DNA of 64,000 nt, from positions 31,570,589-31,634,588 of the forward strand of contig NC_068984.1 of assembly GCF_001194135.2 (NCBI RefSeq). Reading direction: 5' to 3'. Every line of letters begins with the position of its first letter. Within the stretch, counting starts at the first letter, position 1. Both the position numbers and the translations under genes were made by a program. The notes under the pieces are model-generated. The model was not told the DNA's origin and made no database searches. It saw only the letters and a list, made by a program, of their open reading frames with translations. Positions 13,301-25,912 of this stretch are shown here, in pieces. The stretch comes from Octopus bimaculoides. Its lineage: Eukaryota.

Positions 13301-16300
13301 ATATATATATATATATATATACATATATATATAATTGTTATTCATTCACTCCCAACCAATCAACACGATGTTTTTATGGTAATCGATTTTTTGTATGAAG
13401 TTGCTGTTGTTGATTTTTTTAATGTTTGTTTTATTGCGATTATAACCATAGTGTTCGTTGGTTTATAATTAACATTCTAATAGATTCTTTAGATTGTTTG
13501 CTATTTCATGGTGATGTTGATGATGTGGCATTGAAGAGAATACCGGCTATACACATTTTCAAAACGATCAATTTTCTATGGTTGTGATGTTAACAAGCAG
13601 GAAAATCCATTCACATCCGTTATTTATCTTGTTGTAATCTTTTAACATCGCGTCAACATGATGATGAAACAACATTCAAGCCATTAGTACAGAATATTTC
13701 TTATGAAATGCTATATCCTGAAGAGACATATACACTATTTTCTTCTTGAAAGTGGTGAGGTGTTTCATCGAGAAGATATTACTGTTATTTTACACCCTTA
13801 TCTCAAAGATATTATATTCAACGTCCGCGTAAATGTATTGAAATTTCAAAGAAATTGCTTCAACATCACCAATCTTCGTGGCAAAGGCTTGTAGCATGTC
13901 TGTGTTAACTTTAGTTAAAACATGCATTTTTGGACTTCAAGGTAGGCTCAAGCGACACTGTCAGTTTACAGCTTTACTCAATCTGTGATTGGCTGAATTA
14001 ACTAGCTCACTCGGACAGGCGTTCTGTGCTACGTCCGATTGTCTCTTACATAATGTGCCTGTCGCCATGATTAAAGAGTTCCTTGATTTCCTCCCTTCAC
14101 TTCTAAAGGGCTTCCGGCATGATGTTTTGCTCTATCGTGGTTTATGCTAGCCTCTCTCCCACAAGAACATTCTTCTTCCTCGGACGTTGGCAGAGGAGAC
14201 CAAACTCAATGTCGTTATCTTCATGCTATCTAGAAACACTTCTATCAAGTCTCTTCTACATATACAAAGTACAACTAATATCTTCACACATTCATTCACT
14301 TACAGTTAACACACCAGAGACATCTCTATAAAACATTACACATCTTAACAAGAAAACAACTTACTTTTTTACAGGAAATCTATGCAAGACATTAACATTG
14401 TACGTAACCCCCAACCGTGAATAAACTTTGCTATTGAACAAGGTTGAGTTTTGTCCGTCTGTCTTTGCATACCAACTACAATTGAACGAACACACAGGCA
14501 CAGTATCAACAAACTGCTACTGCCGATGTCGTCACCTCAACCAGACTGTGAACACTCTATTGGGCTATAGCTACATATTAACTACGAAGATAATGAACTC
14601 ACCGTACTAGTGACCCTTTCACTAGGCATGGTGACGCATTCACTAAAGGCTCAAATGCTAAGATATATTGAAGAGATAAAAAGGGGTCACCCTAGTAACA
14701 CAAGCGCGCGATGCCAAATGGTTGTGATAGGTGTTTATTTAATTAGACCAACAAAAATATATCGCTGTACATGGTAGCGAGTCTGTCTTTAAAGATGGGG
14801 GTTATACCTGCTGCTTTTAGAACATTTGCTGCATATCAATCGTTGAAGAATTGAGAAGGAGGAAACATTTTCCGTTTCAGCAAGTATTGTTGTTCTTGTT
14901 TGCGTTAATTTAGTTGTTGCTAATGATGTTGTAGTTGTAGGAGACTTTGTAATTGGTGATGTCGCTTGAGATGTTCCATGATTTTGCTTTATTTCCAGCT
15001 TATCGGAGAAGATGATCATCAAGGGATTAGCAGCTGCATCCCTACCATTGCTATTGCTGGGGCAATGAAGGTAGTGCTTACTTAACTGAACTGGTAAAAA
15101 CGGGAAGCAGTCATTAAATTAAATCTCTTTCAAAAAGCGTAGAACTGGTGAAAGGGTTTCCTTCGTAGACTGCTGTGCCTGTTGTTACACAGACAATACT
15201 AATATAAGACGTTATCTTCGGTATTCCCTATTTAATGTGTATTTGAAAATTATTTAGAAAATTACTTAACAGGCAACAGACATTTTTTAGGTCAGGTACG
15301 CTCGTTTTTCAGGCCAAACGTTGGAGGATTTTATTCACGGTTGTCTGATCACTCCTAAAAAAGCAATATGAATTCTGGACAGCCGATAACGGTAAAAGTA
15401 AATAAATTTTGAAAAGAGTTTTAATTCTGGACATCATAAATATCCTATGCTAGAAGGTGCGTAGCCTAGTGATTGAGGATTTTATTCGTAGACAAAGTGG
15501 TAGGCTGTAGGTAAACAAGGCGCACCATTGTACATTGCTCTAACCGAAGTAGGTGAAACATGAGCACCATCCTAGTGCTAGTGAAGATCTTGGTTTGTAC
15601 AGCTGTTACATGCATGATGTTTCACAAAGTTCAAAGAGTAGGATGGCTAAGTGTGTGTCTAGATTTACTCCAGCCTTTTAAACCCCTTTTAAACCCCTAA
15701 AACAATTAACGAAAGTATGGAACATGCTAACAGATCTTACACGCTTGTGATTGACGGTTATGTTTTGCAGATACCTCAAGAGAACTTAACTGTGTTATAA
15801 AATAATAAATGCAGGAGTATTTATATATGACTTCGTGCACATAATTAAGGAATGTAACGCCATCTTAACGAGTTTGCAAGTGAGGTGATTTCTATGACAA
15901 GAGATCTCAACTGATAAATAACGGGCTAAATTGGACTGTATGTTTGTAAAAACACACACATACAAATGCATATTCATACGTACAGGAATACGAACACGTA
16001 CAAAGATGCACACATACAAATATATGCATGCATATTTACATGTGTGTCTGGGGAGGTGTTTCTATCTGTGTGAGTGTATCTGTGCATTGTAGAAGTAATA
16101 TTAACGCTTATTTACAATTTACATGGGAAATCTCTAAAAATGGATGATAATCACTTGTAGAATATCGGAGTACCCAACAGCCAAGACCATTGTTATACAT
16201 CCTTGCTGTAACATTCAAGACGAAACAGAAACGTTAACTCTTTCGTCCGAATTATATTTGCTTTATTGATTGAATCCGCAAAAGATTTACTTGCGAGCAA

Positions 16301-17385
16301 CATTTCTCTCTCACCCTTTAACTTTTGCTTCAGGTACTAGTCGGAGTTGATGAAGTATTTCCAGATTAGAAAATCTCAGTTTTCACTTTTTACAAGCTCG
16401 GCTACTTTTCTCTCTTTTAAGCCATAACAACCAGTAAGAAGAAAAGAACCAGTCTCATTTTTAGAGCAAACATGTTTTTGGTAATTGCTCTAAATATGAC
16501 GATCTGCAATTTCTTCAGAAAATACTATAAAATTTCATTTATATTGACTCTAAGTATTAACAAAGTAAACAATTTCTAGATTAACAGACAAAAATAATCA
16601 ATTTGTGTCTTTTTTATATTGCAATCTTCAAAACTCTTAATTATCATGCTTAATATTTATCTTCTAAGCTGTGTTCCCACTTTACAATAGACAGCTGTTT
16701 TGAGGCTTATCCATTTAATCAGACAGTCATTAAATATACCGAGTTTAAGAGAGAGATGAAATTAGAAGTAAATTAATAACGATATTTATTACGATCTTCA
16801 TTAAAACAGAATTTAAAATTACAGATACAAGAAGAAGCAACAAATCAGGTGAGATAGAAAGAGAAAGAGTAAGAGAAAACTAAAGATAGAGAGAAAGAGA
16901 AATGGGAAAAGAAATGAAGCAAAGAATGGGATGCAGAATAATGAAGGTTGTCGTAACAATTGAAAATCATAAATGTCTCGACGAAACTAATTAGAAGAAA
17001 ACATATTGAATCATAACATATATTTAATGATCACACAATAGACATGTACTTCTATAATTTCATCGGTCTTATGGCAAATAATGAAATTATTATTGTTTTC
17101 ATTATTTACGTTGTTGCCGCTTTGTTTTATACGAGCTGCTGCGAGTCTCACTCGAGATTTCAAGTAACTAAGTTGGACGTTTTCCTACGGGTGTAATTAA
17201 TAACTAACAGAGGCACCGGGCGTTGCTTGGGAATGAAATTGTTCCTTATATATTAGAAGAAAAAAGCAAAATATGTTGTATAGAAATTTGTTATGCTAAA
17301 TTCAATTTATTCTTCAAATGGGATACATGATGAAATCAATTCTGAATTCATAATACAATAATAATAATGATATTAATAATAATGT

Positions 17386-17392
17386 TATTATT

Positions 17393-17448
<56 letters not shown>

Positions 17449-17460
17449 TAATAATAATAA
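17386..17460. repeat. (AAT)n microsatellite directly upstream of a LINE fragment
   Basis: Seen directly. Confidence 0.95.
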
Positions 17461-17910
17461 TGGCGCTCAAGTCTACTGGATCAAAATATTTGGTGAATGT
17501 CCTGCACGAATACTTGCACAACTTAGCACCTTGCTAAATGCCGACCAAATAGCACTAGAGTGGCTAACATTGGGTAGGACAGTGCTGTGCTTGAAAAATA
17601 TCGAAGAAGGCAATACGGCAGAAAATTACGAAACGATTTCCTGCTGGCTACTTATGTGGAAAATTATTGACTGGAATAGTCGCAGAGTCAATTTACGGAC
17701 ATCTGGGGGAAAATGGAGTCCTGCCACATAAACAGAAGAGGTGCAAGCGTAAGTGAAGAGGTACCAAGGATCAACTTCTGGTAGACAAAACAGTACTTAG
17801 AGACTGCAAGAGGAGGAAAACTAACGTAGCCATGTCATGGATCAATTATTGAAAGGAAAACGATATGATCCCACATTCTTAAATCATGGAATGTATGAAC
17901 CAATTGTTAT
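17461..17910 (+). mobile_element. R4/Dong-clade LINE reverse transcriptase fragment (early RT domains)
   Basis: EWLTLGRTVLCLK...NY.TISC..LMWK; [45 protein letters not shown]; contains stops and frameshifts. Confidence 0.85.
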
Positions 17911-17919
17911 TGCACCGAA

Positions 17920-18190
17920 TGTTGAGCTATTGCTGCCACTTTTTCCAGCATTTCGATAACTTCCTGCGTGAGAAATGCTTCAAAAATCAAGACGATGCCA
18001 AACATGCCTTCAACGACTTCATCGCTACCAGAACGCTGGATTTTTACGCTACTGGCATAAATAAACTTGTTTCGCGTTAGTGTGTTGATTTTAATGGTGT
18101 TTATTTCAATTAATAAAGTTTTATTTGAGACAAGATATATGCATCTGAATTTAAAGGTTAAAAACCGCAAGAACTTTCTTGACAACCTAA
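17920..18190 (+). mobile_element. Mariner transposon 3' end (Hsmar1/cecropia-like) with TIR
   Basis: HFFQHFDNFLREKCFKNQDDAKHAFNDFIATRTLDFYATGINKLVSR; TIR aaaaccgcaagaactttcttgacaacctaa followed by TA (18191-92). Confidence 0.85.
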
Positions 18191-18194
18191 TAAT

Positions 18195-18245
18195 AATGTA
18201 GAACATCTACAAAAATCAGCATTGCTGGGAGCTGCAAGAATTCTT
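18195..18245 (+). mobile_element. Extreme 3' coding end of an R4/Dong LINE
   Basis: EHLQKSALLGAARILR matches the LQK.ALLG.A.ILR terminal motif also seen in the copy at 62196-62760. Confidence 0.6.
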
Positions 18246-18289
18246 CGCTGGTTTCTTCGATGGGTTCTTCGATTGGTTCTTCGATGGGC

Positions 18290-18560
18290 TCAATGCATCT
18301 TAAGGAGCTTTCCTGACTTCTTGTCCAGCTCCTTTAGCTCCTCTTCTGTCCACTTCAGGATTTCAGTGCCACACCGAACTACTGCGACTCCGCGCGAGAT
18401 TATTGCCATAATTATGTTTCTGGCATTCAGGTTTGAAGCCAGCATTTTTCTCACTCTCCGCTGGTACTCTCTTTTTGTCTTTTACTTTGTTGTGTTTAAT
18501 TCCATCTCTCTCAAGTATTCCCCAGCTATTAATAGCCGGATTGGGGTTGAAAGCTTTCAT
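18290..18560 (-). mobile_element. R4/Dong-clade LINE post-RT fragment
   Basis: NIIMAIISRGVAVVRCGTEILKWTEEELKELDKKSGKLLKMH resembles the AIN.WAV..W...EL..LDRKTRKLL.MH motif. Confidence 0.7.
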
Positions 18561-18886
18561 CATCTCACCACTTGGGAAACCTATGCCATCTGTCCTATTT
18601 GTATATTATTTCATCTTCCAATCGGGTCTCAACTAGAGACCTAAGGCACGTATATATATATTAGATGGGGGAAATTTTCTGGGAGTGTGAGCGGTTGATG
18701 TCAACACAGTGTTTTGAGTTTCACTGATTGTTGGTTTCCCGGAGATCAGGTCAGCAAATTTTCACTACCTCTCTTGCTTGGAATCTACAACAACAGGCAT
18801 GGCTTTCGTTTTTAATAGCCACGTCCTAGATAACTCAATTTTAAGTTTTTAGGTTGTCTCTTACTGAGAGTTATACTTTGATACAG

Positions 18887-19270
18887 ATCAAAGTATAACT
18901 CTCAATAAGAGACAACCTAAAAACTTGAAAAAACTATTAAAAAAGGCAAGGTTTGACCTCAGCAACAAAAATCAAACATTCACTGTATCCAAATGCAATG
19001 ATAGCCGATGCGGCACATGCCGATCAATCCATACCGGCCCATATATGAACACAAAAACAGGGAAAATATTCACCAATGCGAACATGAACTGCAGAAGTAG
19101 AAGTCTAATCTACTGCATCAAATGCCCTAATTGTGAAGAACTGTACGTTGGCCAGACAGGTAATGCACTATCGGAACGCTCACGGGTACATCGACAACAG
19201 ATTAAAAACTCAGAAGTCCGCCAAATACCACTGAGTAACCATCTGGCAACATGTGGTCATCAAACTTTTA
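18887..19270 (+). mobile_element. Penelope-like element: linker plus GIY-YIG endonuclease, runs into an N gap
   Basis: KRQPKNLKKLL..ARF, C...RCGTC, CRSRSLIYCIKCPNCEELYVGQTGNALSERSRVHRQQI: CxxC linker and GIY-YIG motifs. Confidence 0.85.
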
Positions 19271-19951
19271 NNNNNNNNNNNNNNNNNNNNNNNNNNNNNN
19301 NNNNNNNNNNNNNNNNNNNNNNNNNNNNNNNNNNNNNNNNNNNNNNNNNNNNNNNNNNNNNNNNNNNNNNNNNNNNNNNNNNNNNNNNNNNNNNNNNNNN
19401 NNNNNNNNNNNNNNNNNNNNNNNNNNNNNNNNNNNNNNNNNNNNNNNNNNNNNNNNNNNNNNNNNNNNNNNNNNNNNNNNNNNNNNNNNNNNNNNNNNNN
19501 NNNNNNNNNNNNNNNNNNNNNNNNNNNNNNNNNNNNNNNNNNNNNNNNNNNNNNNNNNNNNNNNNNNNNNNNNNNNNNNNNNNNNNNNNNNNNNNNNNNN
19601 NNNNNNNNNNNNNNNNNNNNNNNNNNNNNNNNNNNNNNNNNNNNNNNNNNNNNNNNNNNNNNNNNNNNNNNNNNNNNNNNNNNNNNNNNNNNNNNNNNNN
19701 NNNNNNNNNNNNNNNNNNNNNNNNNNNNNNNNNNNNNNNNNNNNNNNNNNNNNNNNNNNNNNNNNNNNNNNNNNNNNNNNNNNNNNNNNNNNNNNNNNNN
19801 NNNNNNNNNNNNNNNNNNNNNNNNNNNNNNNNNNNNNNNNNNNNNNNNNNNNNNNNNNNNNNNNNNNNNNNNNNNNNNNNNNNNNNNNNNNNNNNNNNNN
19901 NNNNNNNNNNNNNNNNNNNNNNNNNNNNNNNNNNNNNNNNNNNNNNNNNNN

Positions 19952-19983
<32 letters not shown>

Positions 19984-19986
<3 letters not shown>

Positions 19987-20075
19987 TGGGGTCGATTCAT
20001 TCGACTAAAGATTCTTTAAGGAGATGCCCCAGCATGGCTGCAGTCTAATGATTGGAACAAGCAAAAGATAAAAAA
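19984..20075 (+). mobile_element. SINE family A 3' fragment
   Basis: cctggggtcgattcattcgactaaag...ccccagcatggctgcagtctaatga. Confidence 0.7.
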
Positions 20076-21149
20076 TATTTGGATATTTTCTCCATTACTT
20101 TCAAAGATATATTCGTACCTGTTGGAATTGATACAGAGATTAAGTAGCATATATTTTTTGTGATGATTGAGTATTTTACTTTAATATTTCAGTTTGTGTG
20201 AAATGTCATTTACTAGGGAAATGCGTTCTATTTTTTATTCTCAACATTTCATATATATTATTTAATGCTATATATATTATTTAATGCTGGTATGAAGCCT
20301 CCAGGCTTGTTATGCATGTTATACACATTTTAGTGAAACCTCGACCACCTGGAATAATAGGATTGATTTTGTTTTCAAAGCCGCCATATAAGTTTCCTTT
20401 ATTTTTCGTATTTTGCTTAATTTTCTGCTTTTGTAGTTTCTGTGAGGAAGGTTTTTCTTTGTTTTTGTATTGCAATCAAAAACATTCTAGTATCAGCTTC
20501 GATGTCAGAGCTTTTCTGCCAGTGATGAAATTATTTTTATCTATTTCTACTGTACCCTGTCTTCCTCTAGGGACTTTTCTTATTAACGTTTGTAAAATGA
20601 TAGGATCATTTAGGATCATTTTAATATATTTTTGGTGGGTTTTCAATGTTTTCTATTAGCTGTCTGTTATCTCAAATTGTGATTTATACCCGGCAGCATA
20701 TCTAAAGACGGAAAACAGATCCTATATTGCTTTGTATTTAATTCATAAGATTATTGAAGTGAAACCTTATGTTGAATCATATAATGCCGTACATTGGGAG
20801 AGTCATAGTAGGGCTTGGATTGTTTTCAGTTTTGTTACTTTCAAAAACAACAGAAGTCTTGTTATCTACGTAGCTGAAAGATTAATCATCGACATCAACA
20901 TCACAAACGCAAGGCCCCACAAACAGTATTATATGTGTGTAAAAGTAGATGTAATATTTAAAGCCTTAATTTATAAAAAATATAGAAAACTACAAAACAT
21001 ACGCATGCGCACACACAAACACACACACACACTTATGATATATATATGAAGCAAGAGAGGATGCTTTTCGAAGGATGGTAAAATACTCTAACAACACAGT
21101 TTAGTAACAATAATATTTGAACTACAGTTTGCATTGGTAGAATGACAGT

Positions 21150-21900
21150 CCCAAATTTTAGCATTAGCTCTTTCATCTAGACTTCGTTCTTTAGCTACAC
21201 TATAAATTTTATATCGGTTTCCTACTTGCAAGATAATCTATAGTTTTGGGTCTTTTGTGAACCGTAGTCTAAATGCTGTAATTAGTTTCCTCATTTTCAT
21301 ATCTAGTATTGCTAATGCAGTTAACTTCAAGTTGAGAAAATCATGATTTACTTATTACTGCAAGAATTAATGTTTCAACAAGATTAATTGATAAATATAT
21401 AGACTATTTGCATGAAGCATTTAATTTAGGATCACTTAAGATTTCAACATTTATATAATAGTTCTTGTTAATATTTCTACTTTTCTTTGTGTATGCTGTC
21501 CTTGTTCTAAATTACTAGTTCTCGTTAATTATTTGGAAATCTGTGCTTGGTCTAATTCTTTTAGGTCTATCTTTTAAAACTTACATGACACTATTATTCT
21601 TTCTAAGTTCATTTTTCTTCGAGGTAGTCTCAATACACACTTATATTATGCCAATTTTTCTGACAACTCCTGTAAAGTAAATTTTGTCCGTTCTAATGGT
21701 ACAGCAAAAAGTTTTGTGTGTATCAGATATAGCCCCTGTATTTCCACTTTGTATGCTTTAACGTACTGCTTGAAACTCTCTGAGTTATACAGAAAAGAAA
21801 TGGTGTAGATATTACATTAGAATACATATTTTTTGGTACGGACAGCTCTTGTTTCAACAATTCTTTTTCTCTTTTAAACTGTACAACTCTTCCCCAACTA
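21150..21900 (-). mobile_element. Highly decayed R4/Dong-like LINE fragment
   Basis: Only weak motifs (KLNA..., LTALAILDMKMRKLITAF) in broken frames. Confidence 0.35.
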
Positions 21901-21989
21901 CATACTGTACGTTTTGTAGGACAATAGGATGAGGAAATTAGAGAAAAATTAAGTGAGGTGCTCGAAGCAAAATGTAATTGGAGGAAATA

Positions 21990-22198
21990 TTCTTTTCTAC
22001 TCTGGTCTCAAGGCATGAAATTTTTGTGGGGAGGAGACCAATCGATTATATTGACTCCAGTACGCAACTGGTACTTAGTTTATCAACCCCAAAAGGAAAA
22101 GTCGACCTCAGCGGAATTTGAACTCAAAACGTAAAGACATGAAATACCAGTAAGTATTTCGCACGGCGTGCTAACGTTTCTGCCAGTTCACCGCCTTA
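21990..22198 (-). mobile_element. SINE family B (Deu/Nin-domain-like)
   Basis: Reverse complement carries a tRNA-like head, gagttcaaattccgctgaggtcgac, and cttttggggttgataaactaagtaccagttgcgtactggagtc. Confidence 0.8.
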
Positions 22199-22204
22199 AA
22201 TAGA

Positions 22205-23160
22205 AGAAATATTATCAAAGCAACGAATACCTGAGCCATGCCAACATTAAGATACTCTTCTCTTTTAATAAAATGGGCCGACGGACAGGACTTCGATAAA
22301 AAAAAATGGGAAGCTGCTCACAATACAGAACGCGCACCACCCCAAACGTAATATCAACAGGGTTTTCCTACCAAAAAAGAAATGAAGCGGAGGATAACTA
22401 AACACAGAAGGCACCTTTAGTACTGTGATGTATGGTTTAAAAAATTGTCTTGTATGTAGATAAAAAAGAATTCTGTCGGAGGCTTGGAATATCCCAAACA
22501 CTACTGAAACAGTAGGAAGATTCAGAAACAGAAGAAAGAACGACATATAATGCTGTAAGAAACCTGAAACGAGACACTGAATCGCTACTTATTCCTACTC
22601 AGAAATAAGCCAATAGGATAAATTCCATAAAAGCAAAAATTGATAGAACCGAGTCAGAGATCAAACACAGAGTCTGTGAGATAGTAGGCAAGAGTATTCA
22701 ATGGCTTTTGAGTGAATGTAGTATGCTAGCAGAGAATATAAGCGCAGGTATAACTGTGTAAATAAAAAAATGCAATGAGTTTCTAGCTGTGAGTGTGAAT
22801 TCAAAATGGCAGAAGAGTGTTATGAACACGCACCAAAGATTTTGACAAAATGATAATTACAAGAAAGCCAAAAGACAAGATATGATTGTGGAAGACAGAA
22901 AAAAAGGAGAGTAAAGTAATAGATTTTGCAATAGCATATGATAATAGGGTGGATACGAAAGGAAAAAATTGATGAAATGAACAATCACAGGAGCCAGCAA
23001 GACAGATATGGAGATTGTGGAAGACAATTATTTCTTTGGTAATTTATGTAGTGTACACAACATACAAATCGGTACCTAAGAAAACTAAAGATAATGGAAT
23101 TGAAGCTATTGAAACGTGCAACACTGTATTGTCTGATTTCTGTAAGAATCCAAAGAAAGC
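22205..23160 (+). mobile_element. R4/Dong-clade LINE 3' region, degenerate
   Basis: NIIKATNT.AMPTLRYS, NLKRDTESLLIPTQ, a knuckle-like stretch and DFAIAYDNRV in broken frames. Confidence 0.6.
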
Positions 23161-23254
23161 TCATTGAGATTTGAGGAACTTGTTGGCATCAAACTTCAAG
23201 ACAACAACCCTGCTAATTATAATATAGCATGTAATTGTTATAATAATAATAATG

Positions 23255-23410
23255 ATAATAGGTTAAAATTTTGGAACAAGGCCAGAAATTTCAGTGAAAG
23301 GAGCAAGTTGATTACCAGTGCTCAGCTGGTACTTATATTGACCCACGAAGGACGAAAAGCAAAGTCGACCTCGGCAGAATTTGAACACGATTTTGCCAGT
23401 TCACCGCCTT
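23255..23410 (-). mobile_element. SINE family B
   Basis: ctggtacttatattgacccacgaaggacgaaaagcaaagtcgacctcggcagaatttgaac...ccagttcaccgcctt. Confidence 0.75.
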
Positions 23411-23424
23411 AGTAGTAGTAGTAA

Positions 23425-23486
<62 letters not shown>

Positions 23487-23523
23487 ATAATGAGAAGAAG
23501 AAGAAGAAGAAGAAGAAGAAGAA
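23411..23523. repeat. (TAG)n(AAG)n microsatellite
   Basis: Seen directly. Confidence 0.95.
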
Positions 23524-24340
23524 ACCATTACCACGAAAAAGGCAAAACGGATCAAACAAACTGCAAAAAAGAACGGGCAGAAACAAACTGAAGAGCGGTG
23601 GAGCCAGAAGCCTCTGCATGGAACGTATATACTTCGAAGCCGAAATGCCAACGTAGACCAAGCAACAACCCATCAGTGGCTGAGGAATGCAGGACTAAAA
23701 GCAGAGGTTAAAGGTTTCATGTAGGTGGCACAAAATCAAAGCTGGCTTACCAAAAGCTACCTTCAAAACAGTTCTGACCCTAAATGTAAATTCCGCGATG
23801 CATTTGACGAAACAATAGACCATCTCGTCTCGGGATGCCCTGTACTGACACCAAAAGACTCCAAAAATTACCTCGATAGGGTAGGATAATATTTACATTG
23901 GAAAATATGTAAACACTACAAAATCAGCACTCCTACTTACTGGGATTAATATCATCCTGAGCCAGACGATGAAGGTAAAAATGTCACTATCCTCTGAGAT
24001 TTTCCAGTCAACGCCGACAGAATGATCTAGGCTAATCAACCAGACCTAGTCATTAAAGACAGGGAAAAGAATAATAGTAGACTGATAGATGTGTTCCCAC
24101 TGATAAAAATATATCTGTAAAGGAATTTGACAAATTAAGCAAATATAAGGACCAGGAAATTAAAATACAATAGATGTGGCATCTTATCTTAAATCGAGAA
24201 CTGTTCCTTTTATGTGGACACCATTGGTATGATAAGAAAGGTATGTCCGAAATGTCTAGATAATATCCCAGGAGAACCATAGAAACCCAAAAGATAGTGC
24301 TGACATCCTTAGAAAAAACCTATCAACTTAAACATCTGTG
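23524..24340 (+). mobile_element. R4/Dong-clade LINE 3' region (CCHC knuckle and RLE)
   Basis: DETIDHLVSGCPVL...YLHWKICKHY...EGKNVTIL.DFPVNADRMI.ANQPDLVIKD; contains stops. Confidence 0.8.
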
Positions 24341-24519
24341 TTGTATTACATGAAGATATTTCGCTACTGCCCCTGCCACTTGCCTTCCTCCAAGCCTTCA
24401 ATTATACTGTAACATCTCTTATCCTTCACTCGCCCTAGGACTTTGGGTATGTTTCGGTGAATGATTGTAACAAACATGCAGATTAAAAATAAATAAATAA
24501 ATAATAACAACAACAAAAA

Positions 24520-24965
24520 TGGTTTCAAATTTTGGGACAAGGCCAGCAACTTCAGGAGAGAAGGGTAGTCGATAAAATCGACCCCAGTGTTCACCTGGTA
24601 CTCATATCGACCCCAGTGTTTAACTGGTACTCATATCGACCCCGAAAAGATGAAAAGCAAATTTGACCTTGGGGAAATTTGAACTCAAAATATGAAGACG
24701 GAGAGTGTCACTAAGCATTTTGCACGGCAAACTAATGATTCTTATTTCTTTATTGCCCTCAACGGGCTAAACATAGAGGGAACAAACAAGGACAGACAAA
24801 GGGATTAAGTCGATTACATCGACCCCAGTGCGTAACTGGTACTTAATTTATCGACCCCGAAAGGATGAAAGGCAAAGTCGACCTCGGCGGAATTTGAACA
24901 CAGAACGTAGTGGCAGTCAAAATACTGCTAAGCATTTCACCCGGCATGCGCCAGCTCACCGCCTT
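24520..24965 (-). mobile_element. Two tandem SINE family B copies (about 24520-24740 and 24745-24965)
   Basis: atcgaccccagtg..actggtac..atcgaccccgaaaggatgaaaggcaaagtcgacctcggcggaatttgaac; the first copy has a ~29 bp internal duplication. Confidence 0.85.
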
Positions 24966-25002
24966 CATGCTGATGATGACGATGATGATGATAATAATAA
25001 TA

Positions 25003-25037
<35 letters not shown>

Positions 25038-25039
25038 CT

Positions 25040-25245
25040 ACTCGACCTGAAGAAAATTCTAACTGGGCCCCACCTACGAGGTCATGCGCTGTTTATCTTG
25101 ATATGAGATCACGCACATATGGTTGTGATGCATGTGCCTGGTGTACCCTTATCAGACGGGTAGTCATGATGGGTATAACGGGCTTTGTATATTTTACCCC
25201 AGTGTCACTTTGATGGCATGCACTGCTCTATCACTTATTAATAAT
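25040..25245 (+). mobile_element. AAT-tailed repeat family E, copy 2
   Basis: Aligns with 7475-7700; preceded by (AAT)n and ends in aataataat. Confidence 0.7.
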
Positions 25246-25912
25246 AATGGGGCTATGTGGTTAAGAAATATTAATTATATGTCTATGTTACTTTTAATAA
25301 GCCAAAATATTTAAAAATTCTAAAATAAATAGAAAAATATTAAACATTCCAATATTTATGTTTTCATGAAAATAGGAATTTAATGTATTTTTTGATGATG
25401 TTAATCAAATTACAAAATATCTTAATTTAGTGCAATTTCTCCATATTTGAATTTCTTCATCCTTGACTTACTTTCTATTCAATTCATGTATCTTGCTTGC
25501 AGTTTTTAAGAACACACCTACAGGTAAACCTTTTTGCAATGTCTGTGTACTGCATATAAATTTTGTGTATAATTTTACCGATAACATACACTGATTTTAA
25601 GTTAATTATAAAATGTATGCTAAGTCTCTGTGTTTCTACATTTGTTGCCTAAGATAACATTTCCATACTTTATATACTAAAAAAAATTACAGGTCATTAA
25701 TAATTACTATTTTAACGGGTATATCAGAATTTCAGAATTACTGATAAGCAAAAAGAGATAAGCTATATATAAAATCTGATATTTTTATCTAGTTATGTAT
25801 TTTTTCATGTGTGGAATAGTGTGTGCAAACATTGTGCGTATTACTTTATCGATGTTAATATTAATCATATGATTTTTTGTAAATATTGAACTTGATTGTA
25901 TGTGTGTATGTG

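Noticed and set aside
13020-13503. Near-identical ~240 bp direct repeat
   Set aside because: The copies flank a 10-N gap, the typical signature of unmerged overlapping contig ends; probably an assembly artefact.
14399-14700. Possible solo LTR (TGTA...AATAAA...GTAACA)
   Set aside because: No target-site duplication, no second copy, and no gag/pol nearby.
6441-17920. Hypothesis of an 11.5 kb inversion reciprocally joining one mariner and one LINE (mariner 5'-LINE 3' on minus, LINE 5'-mariner 3' on plus, both broken near the YH.F motif)
   Set aside because: The two mariner termini differ (tcaggtcattaagaatgaaatgtccg versus ttaggttgtcaagaaagttcttgcgg), and the right mariner end is followed by plus-strand LINE sequence. 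Two independent nested events are simpler.
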